The notes under the pieces are model-generated. The model saw only the letters and a list, made by a program, of their open reading frames with translations, was not told the origin of the DNA and ran no database searches. DNA of 63,887 nucleotides, filler included, from Kipferlia bialata (lineage: Eukaryota): assembly GCA_003568945.1 (NCBI GenBank). It is 3 parts of 3 records of this genome, joined end to end, with 100 filler letters (N's around TTAATTAATTAA, not from the genome) between each part and the next. Parts side by side here need not be neighbours in the genome. Positions count along the whole stretch, not along the records: positions 1 to 21,739 come from BDIP01000317.1; 2 more parts are not named here. One strand, 5' to 3'. Positions within the stretch are counted from its first letter, which is position 1. Each line of letters starts with the position of its first letter. A program made the position numbers and the translations under genes. Positions 1 to 12,824 of this stretch are shown piece after piece.

Positions 1-112
1 TTTTTTTTTTGTGGGTCCCCCCCCCCCCCCCCCCCCCCCCATCAGTCCTCCTCTCACTCCCAGTCACAACCACGTTCACACCTCACCCCCTCTCTCTCTC
101 TCTCACTCCCAG

Positions 113-3100
113 TCACCACCACGTTCACACCCCACCCCCATGCTTCCACTCAGGTATGTACCTGTTATATATATATATATAACCTGCCTATGTAGACTAC
201 ATACCATGTCTCATCCTGAGTTACACTGTGCCCTTGTATATATACCCTCTCTTAGAGAATCCCCCCCCCCTCTACCCCGTACTCCCTCAGTCTCTGTCAG
301 GCTTGTCTATATGTGTCCATTTGTATACATACAAATACATACTAATCTAACACCCAGTATTCCCTGTCTGTGTGTGACCTAGTCAACAGCAATATCGCTG
401 CTTATCTCTCTCTCTCTCTCTCTCTCTCTGTCTTACCCTCAGTTATCCCTGTCTGTGGGTGATCTAGTCCTAGTCCTCCAGGAGACAGAGAGACAGGTGC
501 ATTATCCCTCTGTCTCTCTCTTCATGCAGTTCCACGACAGTGTATCTGCATCTCACTCTCTATTTCTCTACTTGACTCTCTCTCTCTCTATGAACCTGTG
601 GCGTAGCCACCTCTCCACATGTACACTCACATCAAATATATATAAAATAAATATATAAAATAAATATATATATAAAATATATAAAATAAATATATATTCT
701 CCATCGTTGGGTAGAAGTCCTCACCTTAGGATGTGACGTGGTGCAAGGGGTATGTCCTAGAGAGTGCATCCACCTCTAGTACCTCTAGTGTATCAAGTGT
801 GTCTGGTATGACCAGGGGCATATTCCCCTACACCCACATTGTGCCAGTAGGCAGGGAGGAGGAGGGGAGAGAGGGAGAGGGAGAGGGAGAGAGGGTGGAA
901 TCTAACCCCTCCCATACCTCGCCACTCCGCAATGCTGTCTCTCCCACCGTACTAGAAGAGGAAGGAGAGGAAGGGGATGAGGGAGAGAGAGAGGAGGGAG
1001 AGAGTGAGTTGAGTGAGGGGGGGAGAGACAGTGAAACGGAAGAGGAAAGGGAGACTCAAGAGAATCTACTCGATTCAGTCATGGTCTCTGTATACAGGTA
1101 TATTTGTGTTCCTCTGTATGTACTATATATGACTATGATTGAATCATTGTATAACCATGGTCGTATTTTCTCTATGGAGTAATTGATTCCAGTATAGTGA
1201 TAGTGAGAGGGAAAAGTCTTTAGAAGTATATATTCATGTACGTAACGTGTTAGGACCTCTCAGGCAATATGTATATGACTATATTTATACTAGTACACTC
1301 TTATCCACAGAGATGTACGCACATGTATCCAGATACTGACTGAGGAACTGGCAATGGAGAGAGACAGGGAGAGAGAGAGGGCCAGTGGGTCAATGACCAT
1401 AGTGTCTGTGACACAGGTATGTATTTACACTGTTCATTGCGTAGTTCTTCTCTATAAGGTCAACTAAGGCCTTGGTAGTTTGTCGACAGACCATATAAAG
1501 ACTCTCTCTTTGAGTATATGTATGGGTGTTAGTTAGGGTCTGTGATACACGTATGAACAATGCCAGAGTACTGTTTTAGCGTCTCTCCGGTATCTCAGAT
1601 ACCTTAGAACCTGGATGGATATATTATAATACATGCAGAGAATGTGTCGTATACTGTAATTCACAAGTCTTGTCTTGATTTCTTACCAATAGGGCCCCCT
1701 GATGGCCCTGATATCCTCCATGCAGAGCGTGTATCTCCCTATATATATAACACTTTTCACTCTCTATTAGCATATCTTCCCAACAGGGCCCCCTGATGGC
1801 CCTTATATCCTCGATGCAGAGTGTGGCTCAGATGCTAGAGGCAGATAGAGACAGTGAGGGAAGAGAGAGAGACACTGACGATAGTGAGAGGGAGAGAGAG
1901 AGAGAGGCTCTGGTGGAGAGGGCAGTCTCCCTGATACAGCGCAGTGAGAGGCTCAGTGGGTATCACATTGCCCCTAGGTATTGGGTTGTGCTCATCCTCT
2001 ATACTGCTCTGCTCAGTGACGCTGGTGACTGATGTGCACTCATGTGTACATATGCACCTGCATCTATATATGGATAACCTCCAGGCTTCCCTCAGTTATC
2101 CGTGCCATATATACATATTCATACATAGTATACATATATATATATTTATTACTATCTATGAATACTATACTTACTGAATACTATACTTACGCATAGGTTG
2201 CCCTCTGGTGTCCGTGCCAGTATCTCCAACATGTCATTCTCTCTCTCTCCCTCTCTACACTACAACACATATACGTGTCTCTTACCTAATCTCTAGGCTT
2301 CCCTCTGGTGTCCGTGCCAATATCTCCAACTGCTCAGGCATCGACCTCTACTGGAGACATGTCTACGAAGAGCAGAGGGAGAGGGAGATGGAGAGGGAGA
2401 GACTCTCTGCCACCTCAAGCAGGCCGTCCCCTGCCTCTCTCTCCCCACTGCTATCTCCTGAGAGAGAGAGAGAGCCCACAGACACTCTGGCATATCTGAC
2501 TGTGTCTCTGCCTGCTCTGCCTATGATGTTCCCACTGGCCATGTCATCAGGGGACAGCCTACCCAGAGAGTGCAGACACCCAAAGGTAACCTCAGTATAT
2601 ATATATATATATATATATATATTGACTATATATAAATATATGTTTCCACTGGCTATGTCATCAGGGGACAGCCTACCCAGAGAGTGTAGGAATCCAAAGG
2701 TAACACCAGTATATATATATATATATATATTGACTATATAAAAATATATGTGCCACTGGCCATGTCATCAGGGGACAGTCTGCCTAGGGAGTGTAGGAGT
2801 CCTAAGGTAAAACTATATATATGCATACATATTATTTCATGAGTACCCCAAAGTGTGTATCATATCTCCTATTAGTCAGTGGTGGTTGTCCATTATTGTT
2901 TCTCTTCTCTCTTCTATTAATAGTCTGACCCCAGATGTCGTTCTTCGTTGTTGCTGTCGAGAGGGAGCGGGGCAGGGAGAGAGAGACCCTGTCCATCACC
3001 CCTGTGACTGAGACGGTCAGCCTCACATACGACAGAGAGAGGGGGAGAGAGGGAGAGAGCACGGCATGCCTCGCTATCGACAGGTGGGGTGAAGTATACA

Positions 3101-6100
3101 AATTCATATGTGTATGCTATGACACAGTCCTTTACGAGTATGTCTATGGTATGTATACAACTCTGACACCGAGGTGGGAACTGTCCCACAGAGACACCCT
3201 CGATGCAGATTTCTATATATATATATATATATACATTTGTGTGTGTGTGTATTTATACGAATAGGTATATCACTTATACCCAGAGTGACACAGACAACCT
3301 GGACGCAGAGCTATATATATATTAATATATATATTAATATATATATTAATATACATATATGTATATATGTCAAATATGTATAGAGGAGTAGGTATAACTT
3401 ACACCAGGTGGGAGCTGTCCCAGAGTGACACAGACACCCTCGATGCAGAGCTGTACCTAGTCTCAGTACTATCAGCCACGGATATACCAGTGGCCCTATC
3501 TGCCAAGAAGAGGTCTATTGCTCCTCCTGGACCCTTAGTCAATACATCTGCCAAGAAGGGTGTGGAGGGAGAGGGTATCAGCATCTCACATGACGTCGCT
3601 GTTGCCTTCAAGCCACTCGCTAGCCTCATAGCTGAACACAGGTGACTACCACTGGGTACATAAGACGCAGCCTACTTCTTGTATTAATATGAATCCTGGT
3701 AGTATTCAGTCTCATAGGTCAGCAGTGGTAGAGTGATATACGTTAGTATCCAACTTGGAGTGATGGGGTAGTATCCTCTATATGATCACAATCTCTTACA
3801 CCAGAGAGAGAGATCATCCATTGCATGATCGCACATCCCAGCGGGACAGTGGACATCTCGGGTCTACTATGGATAGGAGCGGATCTGCGTCTAGACGTGA
3901 CAGTGCTAGATTCTCAGACAGTAGCGCCCGTGGTTCCTCTGTCATACCCGTACTAGACCTACCCACCCGTCTACAGCTGTTGACTGACTCCACTCCCTAT
4001 CTATCCTGGAAGGGTGCCATCTCACACTGCCTGGAGGGCGGGAGGGAGAGAGAGGGAGAGAGGGTGGAGGAGTGCACGATAGGGGAGCTCACCAGGAGCT
4101 ACCTGGCGTGCTACGGAGTGTCATTCAGAGAGAGAGACAGGGAGAGGGAGAGAGAGATGGGTGGCGACGCCTGCCTGGATGCATCACTCGAACTCTCCTC
4201 TCCAACCAGTCTCAATGTTCTATCTAAGGAGACTGAGGTCTTTTGCTCTGATCCAAAGACCCTCTACACAAAGAGAATGCCCAATGAGATTGCTCTTCTC
4301 AAGCCAGCAATGGGTTTACCCCTCAACTTCCCCCTCTCCCCTAGTCTGCCTCTGTGTACTCTGTCCAGAGAGTCACTGCATGTCACTCTGGATACGGCCA
4401 AGTTCCTATCAAAGGACATGCACAGTTCCCTTGTCACGCTCTCTGTTGTTTCTGGGGAGGGTGTGGAGTATGAGTGTATTCAGGTAACCAACTGCAATAT
4501 GCCGGTAATGTGCTACTATATGTACACAGTTTCATATTAACATAGTGATTTACCCTCTAGATCTTACTTATTATAGGACACCGATGGTACTCTCTGCAAG
4601 AGTGTCTCCCTCCCTGTCGTTGCCAAGGACCACTCCCCTGGGCACTGGTCAGGTACCATTATATGAAATATTCTATCATTTCTAAGCGTGTTGACGAGTA
4701 TGTTTCGTCTGGTACCTCCTTCACTCAATGTCTATAATTGCATGGGTATATAAATGCATTATTGTATATAGTATAGTGACTTTACCTTCAGGTGTACATA
4801 TCAGACTAGACGTGCTCGCTAGCCTGGCCAGTAACCAGACTCCAAGTGACTATCACTCTCATAGAGCGGCATTGGTAGCACTACCCTCCAGTGACCCCCA
4901 CCTGGTTATATCCATAGACGCTGTCCACATGAAGAAGAGGACTGTTGACAGGGTGGCATGTGCCGCAGTCCCACTATTCACAAGGTAAATCCATATTGAG
5001 GTCATTCACTCAAGGGTATTCACAAGGTATATCTTTACCACTCCCTCTGACTCCCATTCCTCCTCCTTGAATGTATTCTTATCCTAGGGGAACCATTGCA
5101 AGTGGGGTTATGGACTCTGTTACTCTCCATGATTCTTTTGAGAGTGGCAGTGGAAGTGTGTCTCTCCCTCTTGCTGGGTCAGTGAGACCCAAGGACACTG
5201 TGTCACTGTCGTTCAACCCAGTATCCCACACATTCCCCCCACAGACACACTATCTGGGGCAGCTGCTATCCTTGAGGGACAACATGAAGGTATCCAGTCA
5301 TGATATATATGTGCTAGTATAATTTGTGCTTAAAGCAGCTATTTTGACAACATGAAGGTATGTGTGTATATATGTATACGTAATCATATATTGTGATGGC
5401 TTCTATTTCGTCTTGTGTGATAGCTCTATTGAGTGGCTCGTCCTCTGACACAGGTATCGCAGGCCTATCTGTCGAGAGCACTGGACAGTGCTAGCAAGCA
5501 GCCATGGTCTAAGGTAACAGTCTTTACGTATTTGCAAAGGTCTTATAGCTGGTACTCACACCTAAGGTCTCACCCCACTTTGCTGAGGTCGTTAGAGGTC
5601 TTCTGCTAGCAGTCAGTCGGGGTTACTCCCCACACACAGCGGACTTTGAGGTGAGGAGGGTTATATATAACATACATAATAGTGTCATTATTGATTCTTC
5701 ATTGTTATGAAGTGGTTACTGACACTAGGTCTTGGATTCGCACCGTGCTGCCTTTCGTACTCTTCTCTCAGTCCTGGCCAAGCTAGACGTTGCTGCGGGT
5801 GAGGTACCAGGTGGCATAGACCCCCAAGGCAATGCAACCACACTCTCCAAGGGTGCTGTGACCTCTCTGCTTAGGGACTATACCATACCCTGCCTGGTGG
5901 ACGATAGGGTGCACCCTGCGGTACCTCTGCTGCAGTGCATGTCGATGTGTCTATACACGGTGGGGGATGGGGAGGGAGAGAGCTCCAGTGCCATGGCTGC
6001 GGCAGAGAGAGAGAGAGCGGAGTGGGGGGTCGATAAGCTGCCTCAGGCCCTTCCATGGTTGGTGTCTATTCTTTCTGAGTTGTGGCTGGGACAGAAGAGA

Positions 6101-9100
6101 GCACTAGGTCTACCAGGTGGGTACATACACATCATACTTCTCCATTATCAGTCTGGGTATCTCCTTCACTCTTAGAATCGTTATAGTTCTCATAACCTCA
6201 CCTTCAGAGTCTATAGACGAAGAGATGGATCTCATTGGTGGAGAGTACGATGACACCCAACCAGAGATGGTACACATTGTTCGTCAGTTCCACAACAACC
6301 TTGACTGCGACCTCAGTCTCCTACTCTCCATCATTAGTAACGCACCACCCAAGCAGGCACGGGGTAGGCTCAGTACCACATCCAGAGACAGTGTGCGTCT
6401 CAACGCGGTCTGTGACAAGGCGCAGCAGGTCTTCACCAACACCCGCGTCGGTCTCTCTCTGGCCTCAGCTGCCTTGTTCGACGCACTCTCCGGTACCCTA
6501 CCTGCAGAGAAGCTAGCCACACTGGGTACTGATCTAGTGTCTGCGGTAGCATCAGTACCGGAGACTAGGAGAAGGCGTGCCGGGAGTATCGAGTCTGTGT
6601 CTCAGTTGGAACCTCCCTCCGATCATGTGCAAGGGACACCTCTACCCTTTGACGATAGGCTCAAGTGCCTTGACGACCTCACTGAGACTCCATCCTTCCA
6701 CACAGTTGGGAGTATACTGCACTCTGCTGTGTTCAGCGCACTTGGCCACTTACTCTCTCTCTGCTCTCTCTCTGCCAGCTCTGTAGATACTATTGCAGTG
6801 GGTGCCGAGCATGCTGCTGAAATGGTAGCAGAGGTAGAGGGAGAGAGGGATGGAGAGGGTGATTGTGGGGGTATCGATGCCCTGTACCGGTGTGTGAAGG
6901 TGGTTGCACATGCCATGATGGCGGTCAATGGTGGAAGGGGTAGCAAGGGTAACCCCAATATGTCACTGGCCGTTGCACTGCCAGTGATGCCACACCTATT
7001 GGCTCACATAGGCAGTCTCACGAGAGAGTGTCAGGAGCGGCACCTAGGTAGGTCAATCGCGTAGAGACTAGAGTTACCTGAATCATACTCACCCCAGTCC
7101 CCTCTTCTACCGAGTCAGCCTGCCTTCAGCTCTGTGTGACCTGTGTCATCACACACATCAACAGCGTGAGTGCCCCGCAGCTCCTTCAGCTCATAGCTCA
7201 GTTCGGCAGTGATGCTGGTTTCTACGCGGAAGATGGGATTGTGCCGGAGGGTGTAGATACCCTGGACGGTATAGTATCCGACCCTTCTGCAGTGACCTCC
7301 TTCTTGGGACTGTTAGGCTTCCTGCTAGCCTCCCCAGTATACCCCGAGAAGTGGCTGTGTGCCATACACCTGCTGGTGATAGCATGTCTCAAGGCTGGGC
7401 AGGTGAGTATATATCTCTCTTATCGTGTAGTGCTGGTCTCTAACCCCAGGTCTCTCTCCTTGCTCTCAAGTCCATTGGTTATCCAAAGGGCTCTGGTGAT
7501 GACTCTCTAGATAGTGGATCTGTCATTACAAGCAGCACTACCCTGAGGGAAGTGGTCAGTGCTATCGGGGCCAGCAGTAGGTAAGAGTACACTATAACAT
7601 TATTACAATCGCGTAGTTTCTAATCCTTCGTCCTGAGAGAGGTGGTCAGTGCTGTTGGAGCCAGCAGCAGGTATATATACACATTATCCCACTAAGAATA
7701 CATTCGAGTAGTTACATAGACTTTGTAGAGGTGGTCAGTGCTATCGGGGCCAGCAGTAGGTAATAGTGCACGTCTACAACCTTACTACAACCGTGTAGTA
7801 GCTTTAGGTTCGTCTCACTCTAGGTTCTTGTTCTCCATCGTGCACTACCCCTCTCTGCACCTGGAGACTATTGGAAACAGCGTGTTCAGACGGATGACGG
7901 AGACAATGTACAGCGGGGACCTTAGGTATATTGTAAATACACAAATCCCTTATATATACTATTCATTATTTTTACATAGTGACAATGTAGTGTATACACT
8001 ATTCTTTAAATATACTGTTCTGTGTGGTCAGACAGATGACGGAGACAATGTACAGTGGGGACCTCAGGTACAAACATCCCCCTTCCATGCACAGATGTGG
8101 ATTTCATAGGATATTCGCTTCCAATATGTGTCAGTCACCTTGTATACTTCTGATACTTACTCGATAGGGTTGATGCAGCCCAGGGCCTTACTGCTCTCTG
8201 GCTCTATGCCGGCAGGGTCAGACCCTGCTTTGTGCCCAGTCTGCTGGCTGGCATACTGCTAGGTATGTGTACATTTATATATCGTGTATATATTCTAAAT
8301 ATGTATGTAATAGCAATCGCCAGGTATGCATGCTTTGTCCCCAGTATGTTGGCATGAATACTTGTGTATGTATATTAGCCATCATCAACGTAACTGTGGT
8401 TATAATTAGTATGCACTAACCGCTTCAGGATACAAGGCTGTGTCCTGCCGTCCCACCATGCTATTCATATATACATATATATATCAGATATATACTAGTG
8501 AGTGATATATATATATATACTAACTCCTCAGGATACAAGGCTGTGTCCTGCCGTCCCACCATCTAAAGTATAACGGTTATATATACGTACATGTATATAC
8601 ACCTATATACCACACATGCCTAGACGAGGAGGCATCGGCAGACGGTAGTGTAACTAGGTATAGTATTGACACGATGGTACTGATGTAACAAGGTTTGCAT
8701 GTATTTGTATTCTGTATAACACACACAGACATATGTATATATTTATATATCTATATCCTAGAAGAGGAAGCATCCTACATAAGCATACAAATGTCTAATG
8801 GCAGGTGTCTAGTGCGCACCGTAGAGATATACGACTCTGTCCTTCGGTCCAGTCCACAGTATGACTCGGTGATCAGGGCATTCGTTACAGACATATCACA
8901 GCGCATAGCAGAGGCATGCAGGGTTTAATAGTTATAGTATATAGTTTATGGTATATATATAGAGAGTATGATGTTGTAGAGTATGACTCAGTGATCAGGG
9001 CATTCGTCACTGACATATCAGAGAAAACCACTATATGCAATATATAATGGTATTAGTTGTTTCTCTTCTGACCTCCAGGCCCCTGGTACCCTCAACTGTC

Positions 9101-11502
9101 TGGATGTGTATTGTTTGCACTTTCAAATTCTACTCATAGGTGTAAGCATCAATAACTCTAACTTTCAGGCCCCGGGCACCCTTAACTGTCTGGACGTGGA
9201 TGGAAAGCCGATACCGGACTCGCAGCCAGTACGTCGCTCCAGTGATGAGAGAGATAGAGACAATACCAGTACTGACAAGGGTGTGCTGAGGCCTGACTCC
9301 CTGGGCCATGCATTTGTGGTAGAACTACAGGCAGTGATGGCTGTGATCCTTCTGATAAGGTGTGTCAATGTTCTTTAATACGATATTGATCTGGCATCAA
9401 CTACCCTTATGTCCTGATTTAGTGTCATACATATATTTCAGTGATGAATTGTACTAATATCATGTTTCTATTTAGTGTATTAATCCCAGGAGTGATAGAC
9501 TGGGCATCAACCCCCGATGCCCTGTATCGTTATCATGGATACAGTTCAGTGTGTGTTTACAATACTATTCTTCTCACTCCAGGAGTGATCGACTTGGCAT
9601 CAACTCCCCCTATGCCCTGTACACCACACGGTCGCTGGCACTGGTGCCACTCCTGTCATTCCTGAGGTACACAGTATCACTTTTGTATATATGCTTATAT
9701 ATATATATAGACAAGACTTTTCTATTTCTTGTATCCCTGTCAGCATGCGGTTATCACATATTCTGTTCCTGGTGCCACTCCTGTCATTCCTAAGGTACAC
9801 CTATACACGTGTATACTCTAGATACATACTTTACTGTGTGTATACAGCATTGTACTTCAAGGATTATATCCCAATCTGTATAAGTGCTTGGTGCCACTCA
9901 TGTCATTCCTAAGGTATGCATGTGATATACTTAGGTGAGTTCACTATTCACATAGAATAGTTTTAGGAATGGTTAGAGTTTGCTCTTACCGCAGGCGTAA
10001 CCGCCGCACTGTCCTCTTTCAGCACTATGCCCAGTCCCTACTCTCTCATATATAGATATATATATTATAATATATATAGAGAGAGACTATCATATTGTCG
10101 TTCATTGTACTCTTATCACAGGCGCAACCGCCGTACTGTTCTCTTCCAGCACTATGCCCAGTCCCTGCTCTCATTGCATGGAGAGGTAGAGAGTACTGCA
10201 GGAGAGGGGGCTGGGAAGACACCCTTTGCAGAAACACCTAGGTATGTGATTAATTATATACATTAATATATATATGATATAGTATTCATAATGGATATAT
10301 ATATATAATATAGTATTTATACATCGTATATATATACCCCCAGTATCTCCTTAATGTGTGGAGGACAGAATAAGTATCTATATTGTCTCTGTGTTGTTCT
10401 TACTGCTAGGGGTGAAGACTGCTAAATTGTATGTATTTAACGTATGTGTTACTTACTGATAGGTCTCTAGGACCAGGCCCCACCCCCAGCAACCCCTCTC
10501 CCTCAGACCTAGAGGAGGCATCTAGCGATGGCACAGACACCGGCAGATACCTAGCACAGACAGGGGTGGTACTCCTGCACATGGGTAGGTGTTTTATAAG
10601 TTACACGGTGTTCTATTATTGCTACGCGATTGACCCCCAGGTGTGTGTGCGTCCTGGACCTCTGGCTCCGCTGACAAGAACACTCGGGTGGCTGCCCCCC
10701 TAACCTCTATCCTCCAGCTGCCACTGGTGAGACTGCCAAACTCACCAAGAACGGCGTTCTGGGCAGGGCCCTATCACAGGCATGTGATATATGTACTATG
10801 TATAGCAGCGTTCCTTATACGCAATACTATGTGGATACCGAGAAAGGATGGCGTTCTGGGCAGGGCCATACCACAGGTATACATTGTGATAAACACTCAA
10901 CCAACACATATTTACATATAAGTGTATATCTTACACCCGCCCTCAGTCGATGGATGCTGTATGGTCATCCCTATAATCGGCGCATAAAACTGTTACACTC
11001 CATAGCATACATATTTACATCTACATGTATGTATATTTTCCATGTGTGTCTCTGACTCAGTGGATGGATGCTGCATGTCCAGCCGCACTCCTTCAATGTG
11101 GGCACAGGGTCAATCACCAGAGAACAGGTATATATATGTATATATATATATATACATATTGTCTTATATAACCACATACATGCATATCAGTATGTGTATT
11201 AGTCAATGTGGGCACAGGGTCAATAACCAGAGAGCAGGTGTGATATATACATTTGATTGTATGTGTGTGTGTGGGAACAGGGCCAATCACGCCAGAACAG
11301 GTATATTAATTACTATACACACTACACTATACATACACTTGTGTATGGGGTCATGTTGGCATTTGGAAATACAAGTGGAGGTGAGGGTGCTGTGCTCTTT
11401 CTCTCGCTATCTATATATATACGTATATGCCTGTAGTTCAAGTCTAATACTCTCTCACAGCAGGCACTGACCAGATCCATCGAGGCATTCACAGAGGCCA
11501 AT

Positions 11503-11560
<58 letters not shown>

Positions 11561-12780
11561 TCTGTATCTATCTAAACATTGACACAAGGCACTGACCAGA
11601 TCCATCGAGGCATTCACAGAGGCCAACCTCTGGGAGAGGTAAGTGGCTACAGTAAGTCTTATTAAGTCATACGCATATGCACCTATGAAATATCCTATCT
11701 ATGGCTTCATTATCCTTCTCATTTCAGGTCTATCAGCATTCTAGATCTTCTGGTAGAGAGGGCCATGTATGTCACCCACGATACGTCTCTCTCTCTCTCT
11801 CTTATATCAGGTCTATTAGCATCCTGGACCTCCTGGTAGANNNNNNNNNNNNNNNNNNATATCAGGTCTATTAGCATCCTGGACCTCCTGGTAGAGAGGG
11901 CCATGTATGTCACCCACGATATGTCTCTCTCTCTCTCTCTCTTATATCAGGTCTATTAGCATCCTAGACCTACTAGTCGAGAGTGCCATGTATGTCACAC
12001 ACGATACGTCTCTCTCTCTCTCTCTCTCTCTAATCTCAGGTCTATCAGTATACTTGACCTACTAGTCGAGAGGGCCATGTATGTCACCCACGATATGTCT
12101 CTCTCTCTCTCTCTTATATCAGGTCTATTAGCATCCTGGACCTACTAGTCGAGAGGGCCATGTATGTCACCCATGACATGGCACTGGCATCAAGGCTCAG
12201 CCACCAGAAGGCAGACCTATTGGCACTCATAGGGGGGCAGGTACACACACTATCGCGTTAGTTCCGTAAGTCATCGAGTAAGTTTTGTGAGTCATGCTAA
12301 TACCTCAGGCCAGAGTGTGGCCCAAGTACTACCTTGTGCTTTACAGTCACAGAGACCACAGGGAGGGAGGGAGGAAGAGAGAGAGAGAAGTGTGTGACGG
12401 TGATGAGGATACCCACTCCCCATTCCCCCCCATCCTGTGTAACCGTGCCTTTGTGCATGAGACATCTCTGAGTGTGGCATCGTTCAGTGCACTGATGACG
12501 GCATCGTGGCCTGGGGTGCCAATTATCAACAGTAGAAGAAGGTATTTTGTGCATGTATATAGAGAGGGACGTACTTCCAATACGCTAGGGGGAGGACCCG
12601 TGATATATGAATAGTGTATATAGTACATTGTCTGTCGATTACTCTTACCGTGATAGGGACCGTGTCCGAGGTGACCCGTATATCCAGCTGTTTGATGTTA
12701 GACCATCGTGCATGGCTGATCTGTTCAGAGATGCAGTGCTGCCGAGGTCTATTGAGAGACTGGCACTCACTAGGTAATTG

Positions 12781-12824
<44 letters not shown>

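Noticed and set aside
2640..2812. Echoes as mutually exclusive alternative exons
   Set aside because: Each copy has only one splice site and is truncated into microsatellite, so it cannot replace the full exon; not formally excluded without RNA data.
11728..12180. Repeat-spacer appearance suggesting a CRISPR array
   Set aside because: The repeats are pieces of a eukaryotic exon, the spacers are microsatellites, and there are no cas genes.
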